From the NCBI GenBank assembly GCA_051362555.1, contig CM120641.1:14942001-15006000 (forward strand): DNA of 64,000 bases, in the 5' to 3' direction. Shown here one piece after another: positions 62,923-64,000 of this stretch. The notes under the pieces were generated by a model that made no database searches, was not told the DNA's origin, and saw only the letters and a list, made by a program, of their open reading frames with translations. Source of the stretch: Lingula anatina. Lineage: Eukaryota; Animalia; Brachiopoda. Position 1 is the stretch's first letter, and each line of letters opens with the position of its first letter. A program made the position numbers and the translations under genes.

Positions 62923-64000
62923 GGGCTTTCATGTGAAAGGGGATGGGTTTGTCTTATTCTAACAAACAATTTTGTGTTTCTAAATATTACTTTATATTTT
63001 AAACTTTTTAATTCTTCGCTAAAAATGACACTCAAACAGTGCGAAAATCTGGGAAACAGATTGTTTTTAACAGTCTGTTTTGCTGCTGTAAGTTGTGGAA
63101 AAGGGATCATTTAACACACTAGAGAAATACAAAAATAGTTCTTCGTCATAAATTTTGATGGGTGAAGAAAACGGGTTATTGTGCATCACTACCGTAGCAA
63201 TACAAAGTATTATCTCCCATAGATGTAAACTATACAAATCGTTTAATTCTGGAATTTTTAAAAATACCCGAGATCCATTCTGCTTTTCACAAAACAACAA
63301 GGTATGAGAAAATCCTGTCATCTGAGCGTGTAATCACAGATGTTATGACCCAACCCAGTTTCGATTCCTTCAGAAATGCACGACATCGATACCACAGCGT
63401 GTAGTTTCGTTTCCTCACTCAAATTTGGTCCTAGGACGTAGTGCTAGTATGGAAATTTCTGATGACGTAATGACCCAGTCACATTAGTATTAAATGACAA
63501 TAATCAAATCAGCTATGCCGGTTCCCGCTTTTCGTCGTGAATCGCACGCGAGACGATTTCGTGCCATCGCTGTTTTATCGCCAATTCAGGATCGCAGCGT
63601 GCTTTCCCAACTCTGTGAAGGTAATCGACTCTTAACTAATAATATTTATATGTGTTTAATGTTACATTTTCCAAAATTTACGAATTTAAAGCAAAATACG
63701 ATGCATATTCTAAGCTGAAAGCGGTCTCCCAAGATCTAGTCAATCAGTGCCATGTTGAAATTTTGATGCCCATGTCCCATTGTTGTTACCCAGTACCGTG
63801 TTCGTACACATACATGTATATATTAGCAAAATGAAAAGTTCGCAGCAATGTTTCTGCAAACTTAAAGTTTGAGGCAACGAGTATGCAGGAGTTTGCAAGA
63901 AAAAAATTATTGCTGCTAATTTGATCCAATTTTGCAAGAAGGAATTACAGTTTGCAGAAATTTGCCACAATTTTTCCACAAACTTTCGACAGGCCTGATA

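Overview
Eukaryotic, AT-rich animal DNA, most likely a marine invertebrate (lophotrochozoan-like; inferred from gene content and repeat types, not provable here). Main content: (1) a tandem array of three intronless single-cysteine-cluster Toll-like receptor genes (18805-21333, 26835-29366, 31926-34451) plus a TLR relic at ~15.4-15.9 kb; (2) two 4-exon folate-receptor/riboflavin-binding-protein-family genes that the ORF track does not assemble (40922-43854 and 45596-48124), with near-identical ligand-binding exons but different C-termini: one ends in the ER-retention-like tetrapeptide HEEL, the other in a GPI-anchor-like hydrophobic tail; (3) extra copies of the folate-receptor exon 1, one fused to a TLR fragment; (4) an intronless class A GPCR (50885-51895); (5) a candidate small secreted multi-exon gene starting at 5934; (6) many DNA transposon relics with identifiable TIRs/TSDs (Harbinger, Tc1, pogo-like, Kolobok-like, hAT, a RecQ-carrying element), a LINE fragment, MITEs and apparent excision footprints. 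All gene models and alignments were made by eye.
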